From positions 120,900,001 to 120,964,000 of the forward strand of contig OX597818.1 of NCBI GenBank assembly GCA_951406725.2: a stretch of DNA of 64,000 nucleotides. Reading direction: 5' to 3'. Each line of letters begins with the position of its first letter. The stretch's first letter is position 1. Positions 41,976 to 55,314 of the stretch are shown piece by piece. Source of the DNA: Octopus vulgaris (Eukaryota). The notes beneath the pieces are model-generated. The model saw only the letters and a program-made list of their open reading frames with translations. It was not told the origin of the DNA and searched no databases. The position numbers and the translations under genes are program-made.

Positions 41976-43570
41976 TAAACAAACAAATTGAAAGCAGTGA
42001 AAAGTCCCGCCTGAAAATAAAACTGCTGGAAATTGAAAAATGTCTGCAACTCTCCCATGAAAAGGAAAGAGCAGACAAAGAAGCCTGGGCTATAGACAAC
42101 ATAAAATCTAACCCCAGAGCTTTCTACAGGTATGCCAAAGAAACAGCTACGGTGCACTGTAGGATATGGCCACTCCTTGAAAAGGATGGCACACTCACAG
42201 GAAATCCAATGGGGGTAAGTGAAATACTAAATGAGCAATTCAAGAGTGTTTTCACTCCACCCCTTGGGCATTTCCAAATCAGCAATCCAACTGACTTCTT
42301 TATCACTGCAGATATAAAATCAGAGGCTGCGACGATTGATTACATCAATATAAAGGAAGACGATGTAATAAAGGCTATAGATGAAATGAAAACAAACTCA
42401 GCTACTGGCCCCGATGGATTCCCGGCAATCCTTCTAAAAGTATGTAAGAGAGTCCTAGCAAGACCACTGCAGTTCCTCTTTCAGAGCTTCATTGCAACTG
42501 GCAAACTTCCAAGAAAACTGAAGGAAGGTAAAATATGCCCTATTCATAAAGGAGGTAGCAGAGCGGATGCCAAGAACTACAGACCTATCTCTCTGACCTC
42601 ACACATCAGCAAGGTCATGGAACGAATAGTCAGAAGGGAACTAGTCACCTTCCTTGAAGAAAATGACTTGCTGCCTGACACCCAACATGGTTTCCGACCA
42701 GGAAGAAGCTGCTTAACTCAGCTCCTACAACACTATGACTGGGTGCTGAAACGACTGCTCAACCACTCAAATGTAGAAGTGATATATCTCGACTTTGCAA
42801 AGGCCTTTGATAAAGTCGATCATGGAATGATATGTCACAAACTGCGTGATCTTGGCATAGTTGGAAAATTGGGAGAATGGCTTCATGACTTTCTGAAGGA
42901 TAGAAGTCAGGTGGTAGTAGCCAATGGGGTCACTTCCATTAACACGCAAATAGTGAGCGGTGTTCAGCAGGACACTTATTTGGGACCACTACTGTTCATA
43001 ATGGCCCTCTCAGACATGCCCTCAGCCACGCAGAGAGCCACGATCACAAGTTATGCAGATGATGCAAAAGTTTCACAGGCAATACAGAACCCTGAAGACA
43101 CTAAGCACCTGCAATGTGAGCTGGACAAAATATACAAGTGGGCTGAAAAGAATAGCATGCAGTTCAATGCTGAAAAGTTTCAAGCTTTATGCTATCAGCA
43201 TGCAAAACTAAATGCAGTACCCAATGAATACACTGGACCCGGAGGGATTGCAATCCCAGAGGCACAATCAGTGCGTGACCTGGGTATTTACATGAGTGAT
43301 GACGCAACCTTTCATGTACATGTTGCTAAATTGACAATGAAATGTAGACGGCTGGCCGGATGGATTCTTAGAACCTTTAGAACAAGAGAACAAGAAACCA
43401 TGATGGTCCTCTGGAGGACACTTGTCCTAAGCCACTTTGACTATTGCTCTCAGCTATGGTCACCATCCAGTGTCAAGTTGATCACAGAACTTGAGGCGAT
43501 CCAACGAAGCTACCCGAAGATAGCCTCTGTGTAGCATATAAGCTACTGGGAAAGACTCAAGAGATTAAAA
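41975..43570 (+). mobile_element. CR1/Jockey-group LINE reverse transcriptase fragment (460-aa ORF at 42152-43534)
   Basis: SATGPDGF, NYRPISLTS, QHGFRPGRSC, YLDFAKAFDKV, SGVQQDTYLGP and YADD motifs. Confidence 0.92.
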
Positions 43571-43649
43571 GCGGTGCTCCAGCATGGCCGCAGTCAAATG
43601 ACTGAAACAAGTAAAAGAGTAAAAGAGTATATATATATATAAATATAAT

Positions 43650-46600
43650 AATAAATATTAGGGAATGAATCCAAAATTACAGGGAAAAATCAGATTTAAG
43701 GTTAAATCCAATTTTATAGTAAATTGGGAAATAATTTGTAAAACTAAATCATATACTATAGGAGCGAATTGTTGTTATTTATGCTCTAATGAGTTTAAAG
43801 AAATTTTATTTTATAAGTATGATAATTTACTTAATATAGGTGAAGAGCGCAAAATAAAATGTAGACATAGATTACTTTACCTATATAATAGGTTCCATGA
43901 TAAATAAAATTAATAGCCCCCTATTATAGGTTATTTTAGGTTAATTTGTTTTTAGTTTAGAGTACTAAGTATATATTTCTAGTTTTATAGTTTAGGCTTT
44001 AATTATAGTTAGTATTTAATTGGTATTTCTTTGTTTTGTATTTAATTAATATTTTATTGAGTGTGGGAATGAATAATAGTGTATATATCGAGTTTGTACG
44101 TAAGTATATGTATGTGTGAGCGTGTATTTGGTTATGTTTGTGGGTGTGTGTATATATGTGTGTGTATTTGTGTGTGTTGTGTATGAAAGGGGTTTTATCT
44201 TTATCTTTTTATTTGTATGTATGGACTTCATTATCATGATTAGTTTAATAAGTATTTTGCATAAAGGTATGGGTGTGTATGTAGGTGTGCGTGTGTACAA
44301 GTGTAAGTATAGATGCGGTAGTGTATGAGTGCTATGTAATTGAGTGTAATTATTTATGCAATTGTATACATGCAAGTTTTGAATGTCTGTGTGATTGCAC
44401 CCGTCTGCGTGTACACACTCATTTTTATATATATATATTAATATCTATATGAGTTTTAGTTTTTTATAGTTTTTTTAAAGAATTTGTAGAAAGTTTTGTA
44501 TATTCCATTCATATTATGTGTAGAAATGTTGTTTTTCTTTTGTATGTTTATGTATGTGTGAATGTATGTGCGTGTGTGTTTTTGCTTGTATCGAGTTTTG
44601 TACGTATGTATTTGTATGTGTGAGTGAGTATATGGTTATGTTTGAGGGTGTGTGTATATATGTGTATTGTGTAATGGGTTGTATCTTTATATTTATACTT
44701 GTATGTATGGATTTTATTTATCATGATTATTTTAATAAGAATTTTTGTATGTAGGTATGGGTGTGTATGTATGTGTGAGTGTGTACAAGTGTAAGTGTAG
44801 ATGTGGGAGTGTATGAGTGCTATGTAATTGGGTGTGATTATTTATGCACTTGTATACATGTAAGTTTTGAATGTGCGTGTGATTGCACCCGTCTGCGTGT
44901 ACACACTCTTTTATATATATTTTAATATATATATATGAGTTTTCGTTTATCATGGTCGTTTTATTAAAGTTTGTTTGTATCGAGGTTGTACGTATGTATA
45001 AGTATGTGTGAGTGTGTATATGGTTATGTTTGTGGGTGTGTGTATATATGTGTGTGTATTTGTGTGTATTGTGTTAGGGGTTGTATAGTTATATTTATAC
45101 TTGTATGTATGGATTTCATTCATAAATGATATATAAATTAATAAAATTAATAGCCCCCTATTAAAGGTTACTGTAGATTAATTTGTTTTTAGTTTAGAGT
45201 ACCATATATATATTTTTAGTTATATAGTTTAGACTTTAATTATAGTTAGTATTTAATTGGTATTTCTTTGTTTTGTATTTACTTAATATTTTATTGAGTG
45301 TGGGAATGAATATTAGTGTATATATCGAGTTTGTACGTATGTATATGTATGTGTGAGTGTGTATATGGTTATGTTTGTGGGTGTGTGTATATATGTGTGT
45401 GTATTTGTGTGTATTGTGTATGAAAGGGGTTTTATCTTTATCTTTATATTTGTATGTATAGACTTCATTATCATGATTAGTTTAATAAGTATTTTGTATG
45501 TAGGTATGGGTGAGTATGTATGTGTACGTGTGTACAAGTGTAAGTATAGATGCGGTAGTGTATGAGTGCTATGTAATTGAGTGTGATTATTTATGTACTT
45601 GTATACATGCAAGTTTTGAATGTCCGTGTGATTGCACCCGTCTGCGTGTACACACTCATTTTTTTATATATATATTAATATCTATATGAGTTTTGGTTTT
45701 TATGGTTTTTTTAAAGAATTTGTAGAAAGTTTTGTATATCCATTCATAATTTTTTAATTTACGTTTGTTTACTACGCGCTAAGAATTTTATATTCCATTC
45801 ATAATTTTAAAGACGCTGTTTTACGCAGCGCTAATAATTTTTATATGTTCGGTTCCATGGTAACGCAATTTTTGTTTATTGTAATAACGGATAAAGTTAT
45901 TCACTTCAAAATTTGATACTGATTAGAAGGTATGTCTATTTTTCTCCTTTGTTAATCTTGTTACTTATGATAATCTGATTTCTTATGGAGTATTTTATAT
46001 ATCGTATTATGTGTAGAGATGTTGTTTTCTTTTGTATGTTTATGTATGTGTGAATTTGTGTGCGTGTGCGTATTTGATTGTATCGAGTTTTGTACGTATT
46101 ATTTGTATGTGAGAGTGTGTATATGGTTATGTTTGTGGGTGTGTGTATATATGTGTGTGTATTTGTGTGTATTGTGTAATGGGTTGTATCTTTATATTTA
46201 TACTTGTATGTATGGATTTTATTTTTCATGATTATTTTAATAAGAATTTTTGTATGTAGGTATGGGTGTGTATGTATGTGTGAGAGTGTACAAGTGTAAG
46301 TGTAGATGTGGGAGTGTATGAGTGCTATGTAATTGGGTGTGATTATTTATGCACTTGTATATATGTAAGTTTTGAATGTGCGTGTGATTGCACCCGTCTG
46401 CGTGTACACACTCTTTTTTATATATTTTTTATATATATATTAATATATATGAGTTTTCGTTTTTCATGGTCGTTTTATTAAAGTTTGTTTGTATCGGGAC
46501 TTGTACGTATGTATATGTATGTGTGAGTGTGTATATGGTTATGTTTGTGGGTGTGTGTATATATGTGTGTGTATTTGTGTGTATTGTGTTAGGGTTTGTA

Positions 46601-46720
46601 TAGTTATATTTATACATGTATGTATGGATTTCATTTCCATTCATAATTTTTTTTAAATGTTTGATATCCACGTGCTAAGAATTGTTCGGTTTTCTTTTGA
46701 GTGTTTATGTATGTGTGAAA

Positions 46721-46768
<48 letters not shown>

Positions 46769-47395
46769 TTGTTTGCGTAATTTATTTATCTGTATGGGTG
46801 TGGGTGTTTATATATTGGTATATATCGTGTTCTGTATGTATGTGTATGTATATGTATGTGTGAGCGGGTATATGTATATTGTTTATGAATTGAGTGTTGT
46901 ATGTGTGTGTGAGGAAGTATGAATAAGTAATGTGTTGAGTATATGAGCGTGTGTGTGTATATATAGTTTATTTTTTGTTTTTTGTTTTTTGTTTTTTGTT
47001 TTTAGGTTTTGGTTTTTGTTTTTTGCTTGTTGTTTTTTGGTTTTTGTACATTTTTAAATATGAGAACTTTTATAATAGGTTTTTATATTCAATTGTTTAT
47101 AGGGTTTATTTTAGATTATTTTAGATTATATATTGATTATATATAGATTATATATAGATTATATTTTTATTTTTTTACATTCTTTCATTGATAATTTTAT
47201 TGTTTTATTATTTTAAATTATTTTAAATTATATTTTAAAATATTGCTATTTTTAGATCGAAAATCCACCTGAAGATTGTCCGTAGCAGACATGAAACATT
47301 TGTAGTGGCGGTTTATTTAATTTATATTAAAATTTTATGTATTGATTAAGTCTTTCCTTGTTTGGTTTTAAAATAGTGGTTTTGTCTCGAATTAT
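43650..47395 (+). mobile_element. 5'-truncated Penelope-like (Naiad-type) element: inverted terminal piece, GIY-YIG tail, 3.4-kb repetitive 3' region, hammerhead and terminus
   Basis: 43655-43722 is the reverse complement of 59631-59705. 43724-43907 is nearly identical to 62101-62284 (WEIICKTKSYTIGANCCYLC...HDK*). The hammerhead is at 47265 and the element ends in (TA)n. Confidence 0.85.
47265..47308 (+). ncRNA. Minimal type I hammerhead ribozyme at the PLE 3' end
   Basis: ccac-CTGAAGA-t-tgtc-cgtagca-gaca-t-GAAAC-attt-GTA-gtgg. Confidence 0.8.
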
Positions 47396-47397
47396 AT

Positions 47398-47474
<77 letters not shown>

Positions 47475-47924
47475 TGGCTATATATATATATATAGCTGGC
47501 CAGGTGGAGGCCTGCACCAGACTTCTGTCTGTTTTGGCAATATTTTTACAGTGGGATGCCCTTCCTAACGCCAACCATCCAGCAGAGTGGGCTCCCAGTA
47601 GAATTAACATATAAGTTATGTTAATAGATCTATGAGCCTCCTGGCTTTTGATGTTGCATTTAATTACTTTATATGTACTATTAGTGTATGACAAACTGAG
47701 TTTCAGTGTAACAGCACAACTAAGTATATGGCATCGCCATAGATGTACATAGCAAACCTCAACATTGCATTTTTTTTTTAATCGGCAGTATGAAATATGA
47801 CATAGGTTGGTATATCACTTCCATCAGCTGTTTGTTGCTAGATACATTTTTACATTTTTCCAAATACCATGTACATTACTCAGTTGCAAATGGCAAGGTC
47901 TATAAGGGGATTTCATTTTTGCTA

Positions 47925-48078
47925 AGGAGTGGCTGTGTGGTAAGTAACTTGCTTACCAACCACATAGTTCCGGGTTCATTCCCACTGCGTGGCACCTTGG
48001 GCAAGTGTCTTCTACTATAGCCTCGGGCCGACCAAAGCCTTGTGAGTGGATTTGGTAGGCGGAAACTGAAAGAAGCCT

Positions 48079-48172
<94 letters not shown>

Positions 48173-48382
48173 CTTGTGTGTCTGTGTTTGTTCCCCATCA
48201 TCGCTTGACAACCGATGCTGGTGCGTTTACATCCCGGTAACCTAGCGGTTCGGCAAAAGATACCGACAGAATAAGTACTAGGCGTACAAAGAATAAGTCC
48301 TGGGGTCTATTTGCTCGACTAAAGGCGGTGCTCCAGCATGGCCGCAGTCAAATGACTGAAACAAGTAAAAGAGTAAAAGAGT
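47925..48382 (+). mobile_element. Full-length CORE-type tRNA SINE with an internal (TA)n(TG)n tract
   Basis: tRNA-like head tggctgtgtggtaag..gggttcattccc, CORE-like gtggcaccttgggcaagt, and tail ggcggtgctccagcatggccgcag..(gtaaaaga)2. Confidence 0.85.
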
Positions 48383-48387
48383 TATAA

Positions 48388-48476
<89 letters not shown>

Positions 48477-48665
48477 TATTATTATTTATATATATATATT
48501 TAACTAGCAAAAAGTATTAAAAGTTTAATATAAGATAAAGAGTAATTTTAAATTTAATAATTTAAATTTTGAATTTTATATTTTATATGTTTTATTAATT
48601 TTATTTCTATGTATTGGTTTATGATTTTCACTGTTTGATTTGCCTAATAGTGGTTTTATCTCTAA

Positions 48666-48705
<40 letters not shown>

Positions 48706-49048
48706 ACAACCAAACATGTCTACGTTAATGTTTGGCCATGTTCACCACCACCGCTTCACAACCGATTTGGGTTTGCTTTCGTTTCTGTAAACTAGCGATT
48801 CATTAAAAAGATCATGACAGAATGAGTACAAGGCTTAAAAATACAAGTAACGAGGTATATTTGTTCGACTATATCCTTCAAGGCTGTACCCCAGCATGGG
48901 TGCAGTCGACTGGTTCAAACAAATAGGAGCTAAAAAATACATAAATCTCTGTCAGTGACCGATAAGTTTGCTGCGTTTGATGTGTGATTAAATATGTGTT
49001 TATCTGTTAAACAATCGCTGAATATAATTAATAATTATTAATACACAC

Positions 49049-49109
49049 GTGCGAGTACTATTTGTGTATTCTATTAGTTCACCTTCTTCTGTTAGACCAA
49101 CGGCAACTT
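49049..49109 (-). CDS. CYP4-clan gene B, 61-bp exon (EVAVGLTEEGELIEYTNSTRT)
   Basis: tttcag| and |gtgtgt boundaries. It is equivalent to ETAMG..EY, and its phase (1/2) links the flanking exons exactly. Confidence 0.8.
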
Positions 49110-49385
49110 CTGAAAATATAATATAATATAATGTAATATATGATATGATATAACTTAATATAATATTATAGACATGTGTGTATGTGTCTGTGTGTGTGTA
49201 ATTGTTAAAGAGGACAACAAACGTTGAGGCAAGACAAACATCTCAAGTCATATACATTATTATTATTTGAAATCTGCAATGGCTCCATAACTACCGTCTC
49301 GGCTATAACCTTGGAGCCCAAGTAATCAGTTACAGCCCTTACCTAGCATACCTAGTCGTTTAGATCACCTGTGAACTAAACCTTC

Positions 49386-49442
<57 letters not shown>

Positions 49443-50149
49443 CGAAAACTATATATATACATATACATTTGATTGTATGTATATATTAATTTATGTACAT
49501 GTATATAAGAAGAAGAGGTGAAAATATACAGAATATGTGTGCATATAACATTTATTCTGTGTTAATACGATGAAATAATGTGTTACTATAAGGAGCCTTC
49601 GTAAATTTCATTTGAATTCACTGTTAAGAAAAGAATTATTTATTAACATCCAATTGTAAGTGTATTTACTTATAGCTTTAATTCTGTGCGCCTGTTATTT
49701 AGGAATTTTAAATTTACCATCGAAAGTAAGTACGTTTCCTTGCTATTTTTTCACTATAAGTAAATGTACCGTATACTAGCTGTTTCTCAATAACATTTCG
49801 ATATAAACTTCACATGTATCGTTTAAATTTGTGCTTTTTAAGTATCGTTTAAATTCATGTTTTTTATGCATCGCTTAAATTTGTGTTGTTTATGTTGTTA
49901 ACTATTATGTAAATTTTTATCTGAGGTTAATCGAACTGAATTATTTTGTTTCGCTCTTGCACTACTGGATACTTTTGAAGTCGATTGTGGAGTTCTTTTG
50001 TCATTGCCTTATTGAGCTACATTTTTCCTTGTTTCAAACAATTTAAATTTTGATAATTGTGATTTTCTTAGTCTTAACTCGGATACCAAAGCCAAAAGCA
50101 AGTCAAAAGCCCAATAATTTACGTAAAATTCTCAAAAGAATTTGTATTG

Positions 50150-51420
50150 ACACCCGATAAGCATTTACACTTCAGATTGTGCATCGTTGGAGTCAAATGT
50201 GATAAAAAGTATTTTGTTAAGTCACATAGAATGAGGAAAAAACATTAAAACCATCTTAAGATGACTACAAAAATTAAGTAGCCACCTATCAAATCATTTG
50301 AATTTGTTAAAAGCGATAAATCTTGTAGTACAATGGCGATCAAAGTGTTTCTTGAGGCCGACATTCCTTCGCACAAGCTCACTAAAGATATCTCGTTGAA
50401 TCTATCAATAAGTGACTGCCATCCCAATCTACGTGCCGAAAATATTTTGATATGATTAGTGCAAACATGGTTGAAAATTACAAGAGCTGCCTGGCTCATC
50501 AAAATGTATTGAGATCGATGACAAAAATTGTTAGTGTAGATATTGGTTCAGTTAAAAATCCGCAAAGCATGTTCTTAATAGAATGTTTGCCACTTGAATT
50601 ATCTCTAACTGCCGCAGTCATCACTCAGATCGTCGATGATTCACTTAGAAGTATGGCGGTTCCAAGAGAGAAATTTTTCTGCTATCATTATCTGATGCTG
50701 CTTGTTATATGGTAGCTGCTGGAGGAACATTGCAAGTTATGTACTCTAAGCTCTTTATGTGACCTGCTTCTCCCACCTACTGCACAACTGTAGAAATAAA
50801 GGTTTTCTATCTTGAAATCGAATGTGTGATTGGCGCCGCCAAGGCTGCTACTGTAAAAATAAACACCGTTGAGAGCAATTCAAAACAAGCGGATACCCAT
50901 CTCAGCCAGTAGTGACCAAGCGGGGGTAGCTGGTAGGATGCTTGCGATTACTATACCAACAACCTTGCAGAAGTTACAAAAATTGTAGAGACTTTTGAGG
51001 ACGAAAGCATTTTGGTGCAGAGAGCGAAATAAGCTATTCGAAATCCTGAGATTATGACTAACCTCACACAAATCTGTTTAAACTATCTGCAGTTAAAAAA
51101 ATTGATTTTGAAAATTGTATCAACAACCTTCACCATATATGATGTTTATAAAAACCTCAAAGAATTGAAATTCAACAAAAGCCCATGTGGCATCATAAAT
51201 TAGGTTGATTTTAGATTCAATAAAAACCAAATCAATTCGGTAATTCAGCTAATGAACCCCAAAATTTCACTCCAGGACTATGCAGATATGCAACAATGCC
51301 AAGCGGCATCAGCTGTAGAACGTAGTTTTTCGATGCTAACAAACGTCTTTGTAAAACAGAAATCTTTTGTCTACAAATATAAGGCATTATATATTGTACG
51401 ATAATAAATTTCCACAATAA
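50150..51420 (+). pseudogene. Decayed hAT-like (CGGBP-type) transposase
   Basis: Relic motifs KVFLEADIPSHKL, IVDDS, LYVTCF, PVVTKRG and SAVERSFSML. Confidence 0.6.
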
Positions 51421-51629
51421 TTACTTTTAATTGCTTTACTAATATTCGTATATCAAAGTAATCAAAACTAGAGTGAACTCCCTAATGTTTATAGATTTAT
51501 TAATAATAATATGATTAAAATAGGGTTACAATTTGTCAATAAAGTTTTAAAATAAAGTTAAAATGTATGAAAATAAGCTTAAAATCAAGCAATTTTTTAC
51601 ATTAAAAAATTGCCCTACTTACAACCTAC

Positions 51630-51820
51630 CTGTTATAGTAGAATGTAAAAATTTCTTTATGTAAGTGGAAATGTTGATTTCTCTTTTACCGACCAATTTA
51701 TCCATTTCGTTAAGTACTTTATTCGTTTGATTTTCAATTCGATTTACGAAACAGTTTAAGATGTTGTAATTGAATGATGGCTTCAGTATCTTTGACGAGT
51801 GAACCCATCTTTCTTTTGGA
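51630..51820 (-). CDS. CYP4-clan gene B, 191-bp exon (SPKERWVHSSKILKPSFNYNIL...HSTIT)
   Basis: tttcag| and |gtaggt boundaries; an open frame covering the C-helix W....KIL.P.F region. Confidence 0.88.
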
Positions 51821-52369
51821 CTGAAAATATCAATGAAGAAATATATTTGAATATTTTACTTATTTTTTTATTTATGTCATGAAAATGTAATTATTAACAA
51901 ATTTTGTGGTGGGAAATGAAATATAAACTTTCGTTGATGTAATTGTTCTTTAGGAAAAGTAAACTTTGGTTGATGTCATCGTTCTTTTTGCTCCTACGAA
52001 CCCTGATCAAGCAGATCTAGGGGGAATATCATTCAAGCTAAGAATATCCCATATAGAATCTTGGCTTGAAAGAGACAGAATAGGGACTTAATTGTTGACA
52101 TGAACCTGAGATTTTATTTAAACAATCTTTTCCATCATTGACTAAGGAGAAAGAGCTGGCAGCTTTATACCCCCATTTTTAACATGAAGTGTATGAATTT
52201 ATTTACTAATTCGCTCGGACTACTGGAAATAAAAGCATTTTCCAATAAATTATATGCAACCATCTTACATAAATAAGAACACATTTGATAATGCAATCTT
52301 TGGTGCACTATGACTCATTAAAAAGGCACTATGACCACGACTAGAATTTTTTAAATCATAATAATAGCC

Positions 52370-54170
52370 TGCATGAATTCCAGTAAAGGTTGGCTCTTTT
52401 CAGTAACCTTCCAACACGCTCTGACCAGTGCATTTCTTCATTTCTTGCTTCTATACGATCTCTATCATCTTTACTTTCTTTGCTGCTTCCAATTTAAGGT
52501 TTACCTTTTTAGATATTCCCACTAACCTTCTTAATATATAATCGACTGTTCTCAGTTTAGATCCAACGATTTGTTTTCCAATGGGTTCTTACTTGGAGAT
52601 CTTTGTTGCACACGATTTCAGGATTTCGTACTTCATCTCTCATAACAGACTATGAACTGGAAAAAAGTGTCATATTTTAAAAGTAAAATGAAGAAATCTC
52701 ATCAGCAATGCTTCAGTCTTTCGTGGTGCTGTAGACCACAGGTATCCACACAAATACGACTGCGGAATTTGCAGAGAATATCTTTGGCAGACATGTTGTA
52801 GTGGAGCTTGCATTAGGTTTTTGTCTTTTCATGTTCAGTGTTTCTTTTCAGTTCGATTCTCCAGCTATTATTTCTATTCTACCATTTCATTAAGATATCA
52901 TTTGAAAAGTCCTTATAATGGATTTTCAGGCAACCTCTTCGAAGGCTTCCACATTTCCACTCTTGGTAGAAAAGAGCCATGGCAACAAGGTGTGGTCTCT
53001 CTTTAGATGACATGTCCTACCCAGCGCAGCTGTGATTCCAGCATAGGCTCTATTACACATTCATATCTATGCGTGGGCGTGCGTGTGTGGAATGCGTCCC
53101 CGCTTTTGGCACTATTTTATAAGTATTACTACGCTGTGTCTAAGGTATATAAATACCTATTTCTTTATTACCCACAAGGGGCTAAACACAGAGGAGACAA
53201 ACAAGGACAGACATAGGTATTAAGTCGATTACATCGACCCCGGTGTGTAACTGGTACTTAATTTATCGACCCCGAAAGGATGAAAGGCAAAGTCGATAAG
53301 GTATATGAATACCACTATGCTGAATGTTGTCCATCACCCATCAGAACGAAACGACACATAACAGGCTCAGCAACAGCACCTAGAAATAATGCAAATAGCA
53401 TTGGTACTAATAGTGTTTTACAGTATGATATCAGGAAAGGAGATTGAACAGTTTCTTCCTAGTAGATACACATCGTGACACTCCTTAACTAAGGTTAAAA
53501 TTTGCCCGGAAATTCATCTCTTAAACAGTGTTTAACAAATCCTCGCTTTTTGCTGTTGAAATCCTTCGTAAACTTGATGAATGCAATAGGAAGTTAGATT
53601 CGCTCCTTGATAGCTCTTTCCTGAAAGTTTTCATGATAAAGATTATATCGTTGATGATACTAGATATACGTGCTCTGCACTGACATTCAAGAAAATTTGT
53701 TCGGATATTTATCAATCGCTCAGTAGTTTTTTCTCTTTTTTTTCCATAAAATTTCTCCTACAATGAAGTAAATTGAATTCTTCGATAATCTCTAGTCAAA
53801 CAGGTCAATTTTCCTACAGCGAATAATAACTATTCTTCTATTGTATATGTGCACCCTTGAAATATTATCGCAAGTTACTATATTGCCAATATACTCTAGA
53901 GGATTAGTGCAGCCTTCATCAAAATTCCTTCAAGACTTATTTATAGGCTTACTTGGGAATGCTGTTAGACTAGTTTTCCTTGGTTTAGCAAGAAAATGGT
54001 AGTTACTAGCCATTCCATTTTCAGTGGTAGATCCTAACTTTTAGTTTCCGAAAGGTGTTGCATGCATTGCATTGCTTTACGAGGTATCCTAATACAATGC
54101 CCTGATATTTATTTATTGAATCATATAAATCCTCCTTCTGACGCATCTCTTGTCATCGAATAATCTGGTA
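52370..54170 (-). pseudogene. Highly decayed RTE-like LINE with a nested SINE (53157-53297)
   Basis: Fragmentary RTE-like motifs, including a LRWVGHVI-like stretch at ~53005-53035. Confidence 0.5.
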
Positions 54171-54529
54171 CAAAAATAAGTTACAGTTCGATTTCAGCAG
54201 AGCACATTTCACTTTTATTAGCCTATCGGACTGAGCAACAGGAAGTGATACTAACTTGTTGACAAGAGTATTCGCGATGGCAAGGCTAACACCAGCTTTA
54301 CTTTATCTATCATTCTCACTTTCTAACCAGAAGTTATAGTCTTGCATTCGTAAATTATCGAGTCCTCTCAGCTATATGCATACAACAGTACATCAAATCT
54401 CTAACAACAATCGCAGTTATTCATTAAAGTCTTTCAGGTTTCGTTATATCATATATGTTGCAGCATTTTCACAAACATATTTCAGCTGGTCAATATTATG
54501 TTTACTTGCAGCACTTCTGCGAACCAGCG

Positions 54530-54582
<53 letters not shown>

Positions 54583-55015
54583 CATTAATGTGGGCTGCTG
54601 GGCGCAATATAATCCTAATAGGCACATACATTGCTATAAATAGCAGTTAAACCACTTATAGCTGTGAAAAAATACATTTATATATATTGACAGACTAGAT
54701 AACTGCCCCACGAGCAGAGCAAAACTAGAACACTGGTCGGCACAGTTTTATCCTGATGGGAATTTTTAGCAAGATAGAACAAGATAGCTATAAGTGGTTT
54801 AACTACTACTTCTAGCAATATATACGTTTATACCACATAAAATCACAATTAGTGTCGACTAAATATAAGTGTGTGTGTGTGTATGTGTGTTTCATAGTGC
54901 GCATTTCATATATATATCTACATGGAAAAAAGTTTTCGAGGTGGTGCTCTAACATTGCTGCAGTCCATAAAGCAAATAGCATTTAGAAGATAAAAGTAGT
55001 TAATTTGTTACATAC

Positions 55016-55101
55016 CTAGTCATTATACCACATCCTAACCAGGGGTGTAGAAATTTATACAGCGAATGTTTATCCACGTTTTGCTTATTCTCTATTACAT
55101 C
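55016..55101 (-). CDS. CYP4-clan gene B, 86-bp exon (DVIENKQNVDKHSLYKFLHPWLGCGIMTS)
   Basis: tttag| and |gtatgt boundaries and the CYP4 signature YKFLHPWLGxG. Confidence 0.93.
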
Positions 55102-55314
55102 CTAAAATGGCAAACAACGCAAAATAGGTTAAACAAGTTACAAGGGAGAATGTCTTTTAACAAAATGAGAAATATTGATTAACTCCAGCAGTCATCACCT
55201 CATATGTTTTAGTTGTAATAAATATATAAATTACAGAGATGTACTTGCATAGCAAATGACCTGATCTGAGATTGTGTGCTGAAACAAAAACAATTGCAGA
55301 GTGGAAGGTGTTTG

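Noticed and set aside
53953-54040. Candidate CYP exon (LGSTTENGMASNYHFL) on the minus strand
   Set aside because: It has the wrong phase and a poor acceptor, and lies in an RTE relic. The true 86-bp exon is at 55016-55101.
54625-54825. Short inverted repeat (tagcagttaaaccacttatagct / agctataagtggtttaactacta) with an internal ctgatgg
   Set aside because: The inverted repeat is real, but there is no GAAA/NUH arrangement. It is too degenerate to call a ribozyme or a defined element.
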